A DNA stretch of 64,000 nucleotides from positions 471,662 to 535,661 of the forward strand of contig ML992503.1 of assembly GCA_010093995.1 (NCBI GenBank), read 5' to 3'. Positions 36,701 through 50,195 of this stretch are shown in pieces; position 1 is the first letter of the stretch; each line of letters opens with the position of its first letter. The position numbers and the translations under genes were made by a program. The notes under the pieces were generated by a model. It was not told where the DNA came from and made no database searches. It saw nothing but the letters and a program-made list of their open reading frames with translations. Origin of the DNA: Elsinoe ampelina (Eukaryota).

Positions 36701-37217
36701 CTAGAAATGACATTCGCCGACCCAGCCTGTCAGCAAAGGATCTGTTTGGCTGGGGCGATTGTTCCAATTCGATGTCCAACTCTTTGCTAGAACTGCCAGA
36801 ACTTGCAGCCGACTTCCTCTTCTCTATATTTGCGACGCTGATCCTTGGTATCTTCTCGAGTTCGGCGCTTAGATCCTTGATCACGTCGGGAGCGACCATG
36901 ATATCGTCCGAGGGGGTGGTCCAGCCGGAAGAGTCGGGAGGGGAGACATCGGTGCTATCGAGCGGCGCGGTGAGGTCTTCCGAGGATGTATCACTCCTTA
37001 CAATGACCGGTGTTGGAATTGGATACAGAGTCTCCTTTGCAGACGGTAGGTAAGTGTAACTAGCACTCTTTGGCATAGTCGAGCCGCGGCGGTCAGAGTC
37101 GACTAGCATGTCTTTGTTCGCGGCAATGTGGGATTGGGCCCTCCGTTGCCCATACCTCGCAGGTAGAGACTTGAGCGACCTGCGCTCGTCATATGAAAAA
37201 GCAGTGGTCGCAGACAT
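33798..37217 (-). CDS. DUF1765-family protein (Ahk1-like)
   Basis: Intronless ORF, likely start MSATTAFSY. Conserved-looking core ILNKWWVGLL, SGTDRP, FCGKAIAYAFYFCPG and HWCPMVRAYFMRLVCWR. Confidence 0.8.
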   Translation of the reverse strand: MSATTAFSYDERRSLKSLPARYGQRRAQSHIAANKDMLVDSDRRGSTMPKSASYTYLPSAKETLYPIPTPVIVRSDTSSEDLTAPLDSTDVSPPDSSGWTTPSDDIMVAPDVIKDLSAELEKIPRISVANIEKRKSAASSGSSSKELDIELEQSPQPNRSFADRLGRRMSFLGSRSPSPSKTESRPTTGRSDSAGTLASSGSLASLKARGVLRKRDSRQPDAFIKAEETPVKPAAEKRTKRRTTILGRKTSNTKLNAALPLPPPPSLLPKSFSTDRLHAVTESTQEENAPLPSPRILNPEHNTSLGSLALPRKRDELWNVFRQLDGDYAKFASKSTSFKANVVRASLLPFLRTYQEHPSNRGLRAEDLDRRTAILNKWWVGLLEVLNGKNNQSLSGTDRPAILDGLSGLMDRPEWRPFPSAFCPVSRRQSTDVMKLRNKSSTSLASMGSEFLTESVMHNVRNLFVQNLNAQMIFAVEKMSLRSASASLITFCGKAIAYAFYFCPGIADVLVRMWHTEPDFLKRVLSEYGVGKFENIKDKGEAIATSFPPPLQTLAFSSLSKLLRGLRQPAELPPMSSSMQFWGYWSDRWLGRESDLLYVFVKHYFILANDYLPAEATKPEIIAAPAMIIVQAQLLANLDSTIKRDAGPSSESLSHASPTFDDFLGGPDAVVSTLPLLPPNVTRAMNENRLIMLIRDVLSDRPSESATARHLFATSFMDMLHASARGISIYNHAACYTLCDFLEEALHIFVRYEQLDSCPGPILDTAFWLDVYKKMLTSENTVTEIRLYALLYTVWGILTSSAGRKEDICLKLLLDEEIFERTFTHWCPMVRAYFMRLVCWRVGRFDGNASELDTQILQMLFLRLRKMWSYHLYDRDQGFLPAAGLMPCNPAPGRRFLIVRTDTQVAPGGSFLAFNGIIPPMPPTAITTNTNGVVARRALLSVDAPVERPLSVASEDSDFADSPTIDTGLRGFIRGIMGGNRKRSPSRDASPKTLPSDNKSTTTDDPNAATPRNPSRSPSRAPGPHHSRYSFKFSLEFVNKPALPNPHQHIIPRLVPPRLPMAAMRYLQETMGSIPVCVPIKPTEAQAGRAVYVGRALAEWTIVVGECQAFFERRRMEGVPGDAGVETPSLGVELFRKSV

Positions 37218-38714
37218 GCTCGTAATGGTGCCCCAATTGCGGCGTGGATCTAGGCCGGCGTCTGCTCGTATTTCGGACCAGATCTCAAAGGGGTCACACC
37301 TATTATCCAATCAGGTGGTATTATAGTGGAATAGCCATGTCGAGGTTATCGCGGGCTACACTGGAATGCTGCAGTTGACAGGGCCCCGGTAGTGTCACAG
37401 TCGTGAATGTGGGTAGCGAATGTGTGCTCGGCAGGCCACAGGTCCGATGGCTCCACGTTGTGAGAGACCGGGGCTGTGAATTATTGTCGAAGACTGAAAT
37501 TGAAAAGTCGAAACGAATGACTGGGAATGACAAAACGAATGATCAGGCTGTGCGAAAGGGTAGGAGTGCAAGGAATGTCAAGGCTGGTTCTTTTGGTCGG
37601 ATTGATTTGCTCCCACCAGTCTGCCGGGGTTGAGGAGACGGAGACAGAGACGGTTGGCCGGCAGGATGAACAAGCTCGAGTGATGTGCAGTTGATCACGT
37701 CGGTCCGGACGGGGACAGGGAAGATTGGAATCCACTCTGGCACAAGACACCGGTACTTCCTCGATATGTATACACGAAGGATCGGAGGAAGACGAGGTGT
37801 GGGCCAGGAGAAGGGATGTTTCTGCACGGCAAACGTGCGCAAGACAATGCTGAAGCGTATCTATGCCCCAAGGCGATCAGAGATGATGGCATGCCCTGGC
37901 GGGACCAAGTTTCTGGCCTCTGCACATGCGTTTAATAAGGTTCTGCATCGAGAAATGCGCCGAACCAAGCAGGTAGAGCCGCAAAATTGTTGGCCCGCGG
38001 CTGCAACTAGAGACACTACGAGTCTACGACTAGCATGCCGTGAGACATTTTCTTCGTTTCTGTTCAGCTCAACCTTGGACGCACGTCACCGTCCACGATT
38101 CGTATCCACATACCACGGAAGTGATAAACTTGCAGGACGAGTACAAGGGTCGTGATCCACCGTTTCAGAATATGCAATGATCGGTGACACTTGACAAGCA
38201 GGTAGTGCAAGCTGGGGTTGGTCCAGTCTAGCCTCCTTAGTTCTTTAGTTCATGTTGCACCTCATCGCTGCCTTGGAAGCTCGCAACATTGGCTCTCTTG
38301 TGCTGCAACAAGCGACATTACGCCGAGAGACCGCGCTACATGCCTACATCGTGGTATGGTTTGCCTGAGCAAGTGGCGCTTCATTACCGCACATCAACTT
38401 CACTCACCACCACAGGGCCACGTAATGTATGCTATGTAATGGTGGTCCTTACCTGCCTCATCTCTACGATTCAATTGACCGCTCAATTGGGCATGTGCCG
38501 GTATAGATGCTTCTAATCAATCAAGAAGAACATGCATCGATTTCGTCACACTGCCAACATCTGATATTGCTGTTGGACCTATAGGTGGCGCTGAACTGAG
38601 GGGCAAGATCCGCCATCTCACAGAATGCTTCCTAATTCCATTTCGACAGGTCTGCTAATGCAGTGTCGTCAATTGCCTCATTTTTGATCTACTGATACAT
38701 GTCTGCTCACAGTT

Positions 38715-39206
38715 CTAGTGTCCGTGGGCGACCTCTTCCTCCTCCTCGGCCTCCTCAAACCAGTCCTCCTCCACGGGTGCTGCACCTGGCTCCCCCGATT
38801 GTCCCTCGACTTCCGGAACTTGACTCTCGTATGCCTTGAGCTCGTTTGCAATGTCTGCTTCTTCGGGCGATGCTGGGGCGGTGGGCAGACGAAACTTTTG
38901 TACTGATCCCTCAGCGTCCGATGCCTTGACTGGTGTGGGCTTGTAGTTCTTCAATTCTCGCAGATACATGTCCTGAACAAGATCGGCTAGGTAGAATGAG
39001 CCTTTCAAAGTCGATTTCGAGTGTTTTCACCGTGGCTTACCTTGTCGGATGGCTGTGGGAGTGATAAAGGTCCTTCGGAACGCGACGCTGCTCTGGCGGG
39101 TCGCCAGGCGCGCAATGCCACCACGCTGAGGTTCCATTAGCTTCTGTATACCTCGACAACCTCCGAATGAACAACTTACTGTGGCTTTGAGTGAGTTGAA
39201 GAGCAT
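38715..39206 (-). CDS. ATP14: Mitochondrial ATP synthase subunit h; exons 39206-39180, 39125-39041, 38986-38715
   Basis: Presequence MLFNSLKATRGGIARL..RRTFITPT, then ADLVQDMYLRELKNYKP and an acidic tail EEDWFEE. Confidence 0.9.
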
Positions 39207-39931
39207 GGCTGCGCGTGTCTGATTATCCTCGTCGTGCCAGTCTCTGCCGTCATCCAAACGCTCGAAAGAAGATCGGAAGCTTCTGCGGAACGCCAAGACG
39301 TCGTGTTAGGTAAGCCGCCCAGAACACAACCGCTAGTTGCAGTCTTGATCCTCAATCTCATGCGCGACCACGTTCACTCTCTCATCACCGACCACTACGT
39401 TCGAGATACTGCGACACTTGCCAAAAACCATCAAGTCTCCCTCTCGAGATTTGTCACGAGTGTTAGAGTCTCTCTACGACCTTTTCTGCGATTCTTCAGG
39501 CCTAGTCGCTTGGATTTTCAGCGGACGCCTTCACTGGCTTCACGGTCGCACGACGTAGCTGAAAGAAGTTCTTCATCACGGCGTTCAGGTAGACACCGAT
39601 TCTCCATCGAGTACGAGTATCAGCAGATAGCAGGCGTTCGACTGAATTTCCACGTTCAAAGAGTGTCCGAAAATACCAAAAAAATACCACTTGAGCAGTG
39701 AAAGAAGACATTGGCGGTTGAGACAAAGCGGTCGTGCGAGATTGTTTGCTGCTTGCAGACAGGGAACCTCACTCGAGAACCTCCAAGGCCGTCAAGCTGT
39801 ATTCACCACTCTTCATCCGTTGTCAAGCAAAGCAACACAATTTGCGTGTCACTTCGACCGCAATCAAGAAGAGATCGACCAGGCGCTTCCAGAGTGCACG
39901 CGAACAGGCCAAGCGAATTCCTCTCGCCGTA

Positions 39932-41061
39932 ATGTCCCAAGTCCTGTCGCCGGGAGCCATCCCGGAACCCGATCCGGTCCCCATTGCACCACAAGAGTGG
40001 GAAGAGAACCTAAATATCCGTCTGATCTGCCCTGAATGTCGCGAGGATCCCCCGAATCTCTTCGAGGACAGCCAGAGTGGTGACACTGTGTGCGAATCCT
40101 GCGGCATCGTCCTTGGACAACGTGGAATCGACCTTCGTGCGGAATGGCGTACTTTCGCCAACGATGATCAAGGCAACGATGACCCATCCCGTGTGGGTGA
40201 CGCTCCCAATCCTCTACTCGGCGGCAACCAGCTCGAGACCAACATTGCCTTTGGTGACGGTTCGCTAAGGAGCAAGGAATTGCACAGAGCCCAGAACAAG
40301 TCTGGTGACAACAAAAGCAACAAGGGCTTGCTTCAGGCCTTCAAGCAGATCGGTGCTCACTGTGACGCTTTCTCGCTGCCCGCAATCGTCGCAGATGCGG
40401 CCAAGCACATTTACAAGGATGCGGATGAGTCCAAATTGTTCAAGGGCAAGAGCCAAGACGCACTAATCGCCGGATGCATCTTCATCGCCTGTCGCCGTAA
40501 TCAGTTCCCCCGAACCTTCCGTGAGATCTTCGAATTGACAAAGGTTCCCAAAAAGGAAATTGGGAGGACCTTCAAGCTTTTGGAGGGCTTTCTGTTGAAG
40601 AGGGACAAGAATGGTGGCAGGACGTCGATGGTTGGTGGTGGTGAGTCGTTTTGCCCCCTTCTGACCATCGTGTACTAATGTATTTTACAGGCGTCATCGG
40701 ACTCAACGAGACCTACGTCACGGCCACGACCAATCCCAGCGAGCTCTGTTCTCGTTTCTGCAGCATTCTCGGACTCGATCAAAGGTGCACAAACGTCGCC
40801 ATCGATCTTGCCAGCCGCATGTCTACCGTGGGTGCGCTCGCAGGTCGCTCCCCCTTGTCTGGTGCCGCTGCCTGTATCTACATGGCCAGCTATCTCATGG
40901 GTCAAGCCCGCACACCAAAGCAGATCAGCGAAGCTGCCAAGGTCAGCGACAGCACCATCAGGAATGCTTACAAAAGTCTGTACAATGAGCGTGAGACGCT
41001 CATCCTCCCTGAATGGTTGGAAAAGGGTGGCAAGTTGGACAATTTGCCAAAGCCGTCGTAG
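39932..41061 (+). CDS. SUA7: Transcription initiation factor TFIIB; exons 39932-40640, 40691-41061
   Basis: Zn ribbon CPEC..CESCG, EWRTFAND..DPSRVG, and cyclin repeats (PRTFREI, GRSPLS). Confidence 0.96.
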
Positions 41062-41648
41062 GCATGCTCTCCCTTCAGGTTTGCACGGCCATTGACTGCG
41101 CAGGTCCCTTGCTGGACATTCCGGTCCAACTCATCCAATGTCTTATTATTGGCCTTACCTACGGTTCACTAAAGCTCGTCTCTGAGGCAGCTTTGCAGTG
41201 GCTTTTATCTCGCGATTGGTCCTTTGCCGCGTAATGATGACTTCCTTTTCGGCATTAACAGAATGGCTAGACACCAGGACGTATGCATAGCATCGGAGTC
41301 GGAGATCAAATGTGTCATAGTATTAGAACGAGCTGAACGAAAATCAAAAAAGTTGTGGTTTCCCTCTAAAGCCCGACGTCGTGATCTCGGTCAAGTTTCA
41401 ATGTCGTGTTTCTTCACATGTGAAAGAGTGACGTCGTGTTGAGCCGCAATCCTTCAGAGCTCAACCTCCCTCGAGGACATACACTATCTGATGTTTGTTT
41501 CCACCTCCGATTGAACAGAAACCGTACAAACTCGAAATAAGGCTCACTGCTGGGTCAAGTGCCCCAGGAAGCGCTGCGTACGACGTTTCTGTCCTGATCG
41601 CACATATCATGGCCATACACCCTCAGTCACGGTAACAGAGGCACCGAC

Positions 41649-43831
41649 ATGCGCGCGCACATCTTCACGGCGCGAGCATGTCTCCGACAAGCCTTTAAAC
41701 CAGGGCTTCGACATGACATACACCTCACATCTCGCGTCTTTTCCTCATCGCGTCCTCGTCAGTCCTCCCGTATTCTCGCAACAGCCCGCATATTCTTCCG
41801 AAAGCCTCCGCCTCCGATCAAAGGCGGTACAGCATGTCTCTTCGCCCTGACACCAGCCGCATTCATATCGATAAGCGAAGAGGATACAGACGATGGCAAG
41901 ACTGGGGAGGAACACATGCTTGAGGCGTCACGGAAGGAGCTGGCAGAGCAGGTTCCGGAGTATCTTCAGGGCTCGAGGACGATCAGGCGGTCGATATGGA
42001 GGTTTCTGGATACCTGGGTCTGGGAGCCGATAGCAACTGGATTCAGACTCATGCATCTCATAATCATCTTTGTGCCGGTCATAGTCACGGTTCCTGCGAT
42101 CTGGTTCGGGAGCAGGCAGAAGGACAGGGATGACGAGCGGACGGGGACCTTGTGGTGGTACGGTTTTCTTGTTGGCAGTATGGAGAGAGCTGGAGCTGCG
42201 TTTATCAAGGTAAGTCATGTTGAAAGTCGAACATGAACCTAGCTGACTTTGACATAGCTGGGACAATGGGCAGCCTCGAGGACGGACATCTTCCCAACTC
42301 AGATGTGCATGGTCATGTCTTCGTTGCATTCTCACGCACCAGCGCATTCTTTGCACGTTACTAAAAAGACGGTCGAGCGGGCCTTTGGTATGCCATTTGA
42401 CGATATATTCGAAGAGTTCCAGGAGAAGCCTTTGGGGGTTGGAGCTATCGCACAGGTCTACAAGGCGAAGCTGAAACCCAACTTGATCGTCAAAGAGGAT
42501 CCAGACATCGACCAGCCCAAGACTTCACTACAGAAGGCTCGCAAAACGATCGACAAGACGCTCAAGTCTACGCCCGAGCGAAAGCCGTCATCCTATGTGG
42601 CTATCAAGGTGTTGCATCCAAAGATCGAACGTATAGTGCGAAGAGATCTGAAGATCATGTCATTCTTCGCAACACTGATCAACGCTGTGCCAACAATGGA
42701 ATGGCTTTCCTTCCCAGACGAGGTGGCACAATTCGGAGAGATGATGAGACTACAGCTTGACTTGAGGATCGAGTCTGCGAACCTTTCACGATTCCGGAAA
42801 AACTTTGCCAACCGCACCACTGCTTGGTTCCCATACCCGTATACTCAGTATACTACTCGACAGGTGCTGGTGGAAGAGTTTGCCCACGGCATTCCGCTTG
42901 AGCACTTTTTGCAGAATGGCGGCGGCGTCTTTGAGAAGGAGATTGCAGACGAAGGGCTCGACGCCTTCTTGCACATGCTGTTGATCGACAACTTCATTCA
43001 TGCAGATTTGCATCCGGGCAACATCATGGTCAGGTTCTACAAGGCGGCTCAATTGGAGATGAAGAATCCGCTGCCAGCCGCCGTGGTGGGAAAGAAGCGC
43101 AACACAGATGCCATTGACGCCAGTGATGCGACTGAAGAAGTTCTGGAGAGACTAAGACCATTCAGGAAAGAAAAGTCGAAATGGGTAGAGACGCTCGGTG
43201 AGCTGGACAAGGAGGGCTATAGACCGCAGCTCATCTTCATCGATACCGGATTGGTCACCGAATTGAATGCTGTGAACCGGAGAAACTTCTTGGACCTGTT
43301 CAAGGCCGTCGCAGAATTTGACGGGTACAAAGCTGGACATTTAATGGTGGAGCGATGCAGACAGCCGAGCGCGGTGATCGACAAGGAAGTCTTTGCACTG
43401 AGGATGCAGCACTTGGTCCTGGGCGTCAAGAGCAGGACATTCGCGCTCGGCAATATCAAGATTGGCGACATCTTGAACGAAGTCTTGAGCATGGTGAGGG
43501 GTCATCATGTTCGACTTGAGGGAGACTTTGTCAATGTCGTCTTGAGTATCTTACTGCTCGAGGGTATTGGCAGAAGTCTAGATCCCGACTTGGATCTCTT
43601 CTCAGGGTGAGTTGTCCTGCTGCTGAGATTACTGAACTATGACTAACGTGACACAGAGCACTGCCTATCCTTCGACAACTCGGAGCTCAGAGTGGCTCTT
43701 CGATGCTCAGAGGCGGAGACCTCTCGATGGTCAAGGTATGGGCCGGACTCGAGGCAAGAAAGTTCTTGCGAGCATCAGTGGAGAGTGTGGAGAGGTGTGT
43801 CAAGTACGACATGCTGTCGCCAAACTTGTAG
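41649..43831 (+). CDS. Mitochondrial ABC1/UbiB atypical kinase; exons 41649-42209, 42258-43606, 43657-43831
   Basis: FIKLGQWAASRTDIFP, GVGAIAQVY, VAIKVLHP, HADLHPGN and DTGL; N-terminal presequence. Resembles yeast Ypl109c/Cqd1. Confidence 0.9.
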
Positions 43832-44451
43832 ACGAGATATATACACGAACCACAGTAGACATGCACAACTCGTTTCACTAGCCGGATATTTCGGACTTTT
43901 TGTCGTTGTCAAGCATGAGATCTGCGAATTCAATGCAGTCCCCGCCCCCGCAGCCGCTCTTCTAGGATGCGGAGTTGCGCCTGATGCCCCTTGAGCAAGG
44001 CCATCGTTCAAGTCAACATCTTCCACTACCAGAATGGACATTTTCTGTAAGCAGGGGGTACAAATACCAACAGCCTCGCATCTGCAACAACCCACGTCTC
44101 TCTGCCTTTCATGACCACGGAATGCAGAGCAGCCACAACCGCACCCGTCTCAACCCCCGCGGAACACCTCCGCCATGTCCCCAGGTCCCCGCCCCTCCTC
44201 CCCGCAAATTGCCCCTCACCCAAGACACCAACACACTGCTCACGACCAGCTCATGCAGTTCAGTAAACGCCTGGTGCGGTGGAGCTCGGTAAGTTTAGTT
44301 CCGCGGGCATAAGACGTCTGACCTGTAGCTCTTCCTCTCTCTCTTTTCTTCCTCTATCCCCTCTACCATTCCGACACCTATTCGCTCTCCCAACACTACC
44401 ATTATCTCACACACAGCACTCACCCAAAGAACATCGAATTGATCACCCACC

Positions 44452-45654
44452 ATGGCCGACCAAAAGTACACCATCCCGGAGACCTGCAAAGCCGGCGTCG
44501 TCGTCAACGAAGGCCCGGACTTTACCGTCGAAGTCATCGACGTGCCCGTACCCAAGTAAGCCCTCTTTCCATCTCCTCCATCCCTCCTCTCCCTCTCCCG
44601 CCCTTCAACCCCTTCAATCCCGACCCTCCCCACCATCCCTCAAATTACACTAACAGTGATCCCCCCTCCCAGACCCGGCCCCTCCGACCTCCTCATCCGC
44701 CTCAACACCACCGGCCTCTGCTACAGCGACATCCACTTCATGCTGGGCGACCTCGGGATGCCACCCATGTCCCACTTCGGCGTGCGCAGCCCGGGCCACG
44801 AAGGCGCCGGCGTGGTCGTGGCCATGGGCTCCCAAGTGACGGGGTGGTCCGTGGGGGACCGCGCGGGCATGAAGCCCGTGTACGACGTGTGCCACTCGTG
44901 CGAGCTGTGCTGGGGCGACAAGGAGACGTACTGCGAGAAGGCCATCCATACGGGACTGCTCGTCACGGGCAGTTATCAGCAGTATATCGTCCACCCCGCG
45001 AGGTACGCGAGTCCGATCCCCGACGGCGTGGGCGATGTGGTCGCCGGCCCCATCATGTGTAGTGCCAGCACGGTTTATCGGAGTATTGTCGAGAGCGAGT
45101 TGAGGCCGGGGGATATTGCGGTGTTCCCGGGGGGTGGGGGAGGGGTGGGGATACAGGGGGTGCAGCTTGCCAGGGCCATGGGGTTGAGGGCGATTGTGGT
45201 GGATGGGGGCGAGAGTAAGAGGAAACTGGCGTTGGAGATGGGGGCCGAGGCGTTTGTGGATTTTATGGAGGAGAAGGATGTCGCGGCCGCGGTGGTCAAG
45301 GCTGCGGATGGGATTGGGGCGCATGGGGTTTTCGTCACGGCGCCGTCGGCGTATGGGTCTGCGATTGCCTTGACGGGGAAGAGGGTCGGGGCCAAGGTCA
45401 TGTGTATTGGTTTGCCGAGCAAGGGGACGGTGACGTTGGGGGCGGATCCGAGCACGTTTGCTTTTAGGAATTTGACGGTCAAGGGGACGTTGGTGGGGAG
45501 TATGAAGGATACCGCGATTGCGTTGGATTTCGCGAGGAGGGGATTGTTGAAGCAGATTTGTGAAGTGGTGCCGTTGAAGGATATGCCAGAGGCGGTGCAG
45601 AGGTTGAGGAGAGGTGAGGTGGCGGGAAGGATAGTGGTGGACTTTAATGCTTAG
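44452..45654 (+). CDS. Zn-dependent alcohol dehydrogenase; exons 44452-44555, 44673-45654
   Basis: GLCYSD, GHEGAG, structural Zn CHSCELC..C, PIMCS, GGGGGVG and GRIVVDF. Confidence 0.93.
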
Positions 45655-45751
45655 ATGGAATTTGTATTGGTAAAGGAGGACGGAGTGGTATCTACGCTGG
45701 AAAACATCGCTAGTCAAGTTTGCAAATGGGCATATTCTCACCGCTTCTTCT

Positions 45752-46877
45752 TCAGGCCTTGACATCCTGCTTGACCTCTGCTGGAGTACCTGCAGCTGCA
45801 GCTGGTACTTCTGTCGTCTCAGGTAGAGGCGCAGCAGTGCCAGTTGGCTGATCGTACTGTGGTGTGGTGGCATGTCCTTCCAAGTCCGGGCCACTTCCGC
45901 CGTAAACCTTGGGTACATCCTTGCCCAGGTCCAAGTACAGCTGATTCCCATAAGAAGTCCACTGCATCTTTGCCACCGTCTCCTTGGCCATGAATACCTT
46001 CATAGCAGCCATCATCCATTGCATGACCTAGCACGTTATCAGCACATGCCTCATGTCCTGCCACACAGCAGACTCACCATAGGCACATTCACAAAGAACT
46101 TCTTCCTCATCGTCTCGGGATACATCTGCTGGAACAGCTGAATCGTCTTTTGACTCGCCGCCCTGACTTCCGGAGCCTGCCTCAAGAACGACACGGATAG
46201 GTAATCATGCACCTGCACGGCCTGATATTTGTCCTCTCCCTTGCCATAGTCCGGCAACGGTTCCGTGGCGTTCGCTAAGTCCAGCTTTTCCAGCGTCAGC
46301 TCCATGAGAGCCACACGCCATCTGATGAACCCATCGAGATCACCGAAGGTGGCCTTGTTGTCCTTTACTGCGCCATAGATGTTGAATACGGCGACGTCTT
46401 GAGCATTTGGTGAGGATGGGACGTTGTTTAGAGTAGTGATATAGCCGAGACCGGAGAAGCGGGAGCGGGAGAAGACTTCGGTCTTGGTGGCGGAGGCTCG
46501 GAAGGTCTTGCGCCAGGAAAGAGCGGAGGAGAGCTGTGAGACCGCCTTGGAGACGTCGTTGGCATTGGCTCGCAGGAACTTTTGGAGGATGATCTGGGTT
46601 GGAACAGGGAGGGAAGAGCTGGTATGGTTAGTGGAAGTGGAAACTCAAATGGACCGAGCTCATACCCTTCCGTCCAAGACTCGAGCGTCACACCGTACAT
46701 CTCATTATGGCCGGTAGTCCCGATCAGCTCATCGAGCTTTGCAGCAAGCTGCCCAAGAGGAGATGACTTGTCAAGACCAGTAGGTTTGGTCTCGGAAGGA
46801 GCTGGCTCGTCTGGTGCCGCAGTGGCTTGAGGGATCGTCTCGGCCGTCGGCTTGGATTCTGTTTCTGCTGCACCCAT
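45752..46877 (-). CDS. SFH5: Sec14/CRAL-TRIO protein Sfh5; exons 46877-46666, 46618-46078, 46027-45752
   Basis: GHNEMYGVTL, ILQKFLRAN, FNIYGAV, FIRWRVALME, QVHDY and YPE..KKFFVNVP. Confidence 0.88.
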
Positions 46878-47350
46878 GGTGTCTTGTTCGTTGTGAGTTG
46901 CTTGGGTGAAGGCAGAGCTTCATGAATTGTTGACATGAAAGATCACCGATCGATTAGATTATGATATGCGGAACGTTTCCGAGATGGCCCCACTCAGGGC
47001 TCTTTCACTGCTCAAGCAAGACAAGGTTCATGTGATCATTCGACAGGAGACAGCCACGCGTAGGGACAACATCGACGGGCAAACAACACAAAGGATGTTC
47101 TTCGATCCCTCAAGGCATTTGTACTCTTTGGATTCTCCATTCGGGCAATCTACATTAGACACATCCCTCAGCATATCCCCTAATCTCATATCCACATCCG
47201 ATCATATCGCAATACTATGGTATACCCATATCGAATCAGACATCCCACTAATCATTCTTGCTTTTTTGAGCCACCCAGTCTAAATTATGCATCATATCAC
47301 GTAAATTCTTTGTTCCCATTCTGTGAGGTCGTGGAATCGTCTTCATGCCC

Positions 47351-50195
47351 TTACACGTCCTCGTATGAGCCGCGGCGGTAGGTGGGTCCACTTTGGCCAG
47401 GGGCAGGCTTCCTGGACGGAGGGCTTGTTCCGCTGCCCTGCTGCGGTGGAGGTTGTTGTTGGCGGTATGGGTTGCTTGGGCTGCGCTTGATCTGCCCAGG
47501 GGCTTGGCCGGGCGCAAGAGGGAGAGGAGCGTTGGGGTCGTATGAAGGAGCTGCCGCGCCGCCTTGTGGTGTCGAAGGCGTCGTGGTGTATGTACTCCTC
47601 AGGCTGTTGATCGTTGCGAGGGGCGGCCTGGCGCTGTTTCCGGGTTGCGGGTAGTACTGGGATTGGGCGTAATCAGCGACTCCGCTCTGCTGAGCATACT
47701 GTGGCGATCCCATGGCCTGACCTATTTGTTGGTTGCTGATCTCGGAGCTGTTGGCCTTGCGTCGGCCTCGAGTCGACTCGCGGCGTAGGAGACCTTTGAT
47801 GTTCTCTTCATCGCGCTTGTCGATATTCGGACGATCGCCAACGGTGGTGGTACTCTCGTCCCTGTCACCAGACCACACTTCGTCGCGAACCATGTCATTC
47901 GCTGGACTGCGGTTGTGGAGCTCATCAATGGCATTTGCCTGAGCATTGCTTAGCCCAAGTGCATTATTCCTGCCAGTGGACCTGGAGCTGCGCTTTCGCA
48001 AGAGTGTGTCGTCTTCCTCATTGCTATCACGCTTAGGCACCATACGTGCCTCGTTCTTGTCCTTGGAAGCTTGTTCCTTGTTGCTCTGAGCATGCTCTGC
48101 AGAGATGGCAACAGAGTATGAAGCGTTGGCAGCGCTGCCGAGGGGATCGCCACCACCTCCAGGCCCGTAGATAGGAACACGGCGGAGAGCTGCGATCAAG
48201 GCACACATGAACTTGGATCGTCTGGTAGCGCGGAGTGTTTCGTTCGACCAGTTGCTCTTGTGCTGAATCTCGACGCGGAGCTCCAGCTTACTCAAATCGG
48301 AAGTTCCTAGTACCTCGACATCCAACTCGGGCATGTAGTCGCGGCTGTTTTCCTTGTCACTGACAAAATTGATCAGCTCCTGCTTCAAAAGCTGAATGTC
48401 TTCAAAGGTGGTATCGTAAGAGATCATGAGCGAGATCTGCTCCTTCATGGCCTTTGACCTAGTGACGTTCTCGATCCAGAGACCATTGAGCACAATGTTA
48501 GGGATCTGTACCAGACGTCCTACGTTTTCCCCACGAATGCGTCGGAAGACCGTGTACAGCAGAGAAATGTGATCAACGATGAGTTGCTCCTTGGTGATCT
48601 CAACAACATCGCCAATATCGAAGGGGTGCTTGCTGAATAGGAAAATGCAGGAACCAAGAACTTCCTGAGCAGTACCAGCGAAAACGAACGAAAGTGACAG
48701 AAGGGCAGTACCAGCGGTGGCCAGAGTGGTGACGAAGTTGCGGTTGAGGAAAGCGATGAAGATCAAGACAGTAGCGACCGCAACGACGGTCAAGAGCAGC
48801 CCGTCGAGAACGGTGATAGCCTGGTCGACGTCGTGCATGCTCGTGGCGATAGACTTCCGCTCGCGGCCGAATTCGACGACGGTCAAGATCATTTCATCCA
48901 AAGAGATGTCGCCATTCCCATCGCGGTCAAGTGCCATGAATGCTTCTTCGGCTTCTTCGCGGTGATCTTGACCGAGGACGTCGACAACGTCTTCCATGTA
49001 AAGAGAGTCCTTGCCCTCGATGACAAAGGACATCCACAGACGGCGGGCAAGAGCTTCACTCGGGCCCTTCTTCTCTAAAGCCTCGACGACGATTGAATGG
49101 GCACTGTTGGGGTTGAAGACTTGCTTGCCAGTGATTTCCTGGGCCACATTTCCGAAGACTGATGTGACCTTGTCACCGATACGGCCCACGTCTTGGAGGA
49201 ATCGCATTGGGGTCGCAGAGCCTGATCGAGCATGTGTCTTTGTCCCGCTGCCACCGAGCAACTTATGTAGGTTGAGCTGATCTGCAATGATGTAATCTTC
49301 CTCTGCAAACTCGTTGCAGTACATTGGAAACAAGTTCCTCGAAGCATCGTAAAGCAGGCCCAAGATGTGGAGATTCCGCTTCGAGTCCTTGATTCTAGCA
49401 TTGAATTGCTTGCGATGGTAATTGATGCTGATGAGCTGGATAAAAGTCTTTTCCACGAGCAGTACGAGTGAGGCTGCCACGCATGCTCCGAGGATGTTCT
49501 GGACGATATTCATCCAGTTCTTGGGAGTGGTGTCGTTTCTTGCGCGAGCGTCCGGATTGCGGGTCATGAGTGGAATAAAGGTAGCCAGAGATGTGACCGC
49601 CCAGCCAACAAGACTGAGCGGGATTTGGACTGCGCGGATGACGAGAGCATATTTGCGGGTGCCAGAGCTGACAACGCCTGCAAGGATCTGGAAGGCACTC
49701 GGTAGGAAGTGGGCGACAATCTTGGAGACCCACAAACTAAGCCACACTGGATCGTATTAGCAGATGGCATTGGTTTGCCTGGTCCAAGAGGCACTTACAA
49801 ACTTCGACCCATGTGAAGAACCAGACGATTGGAACAGAACCTATCCTAGCATTTGGTACTGCTGTAGCTCCCACGATGATGGGGATGGCTATGAGGAGAG
49901 CCAGAGGAAGGACGTAGATGAAATATCGAGTGATGATGCTGAACTCCAAGACCCGCTTGTAGAATCTGCCCACTCGATTGAGTGTATCCTCTTCCCCGTC
50001 GTAGCCAATGACCTTGTCACCCGAGTCCGCTGCTCTTCTCACCCTGTGGCCGAAGTGCCTCTTAGATGCCGATGGAGGTTCTGAAGCTGCTTCTTTGGAT
50101 CGTAAAGGAGTGATACTGTCGCTCCTTGTGTAGCCACCATTGCTGTGAACTGGGGCGAGAGGAATATTCACGGTTGCATCACCGCGACCCGCCAT
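47351..50195 (-). CDS. MscS-like mechanosensitive channel with EF-hand (Msy1/2-like); exons 50195-49799, 49746-47351
   Basis: Multiple TM helices, EF-hand DRDGNGDISLDE, SCIFLFSKHPFDIGD and IENVTRS. Confidence 0.92.

Noticed and set aside
44650..45951. 433-aa minus-strand ORF
   Set aside because: Antisense shadow of the Zn-ADH gene, explained by biased codon use; R/P/H-rich with no motifs.
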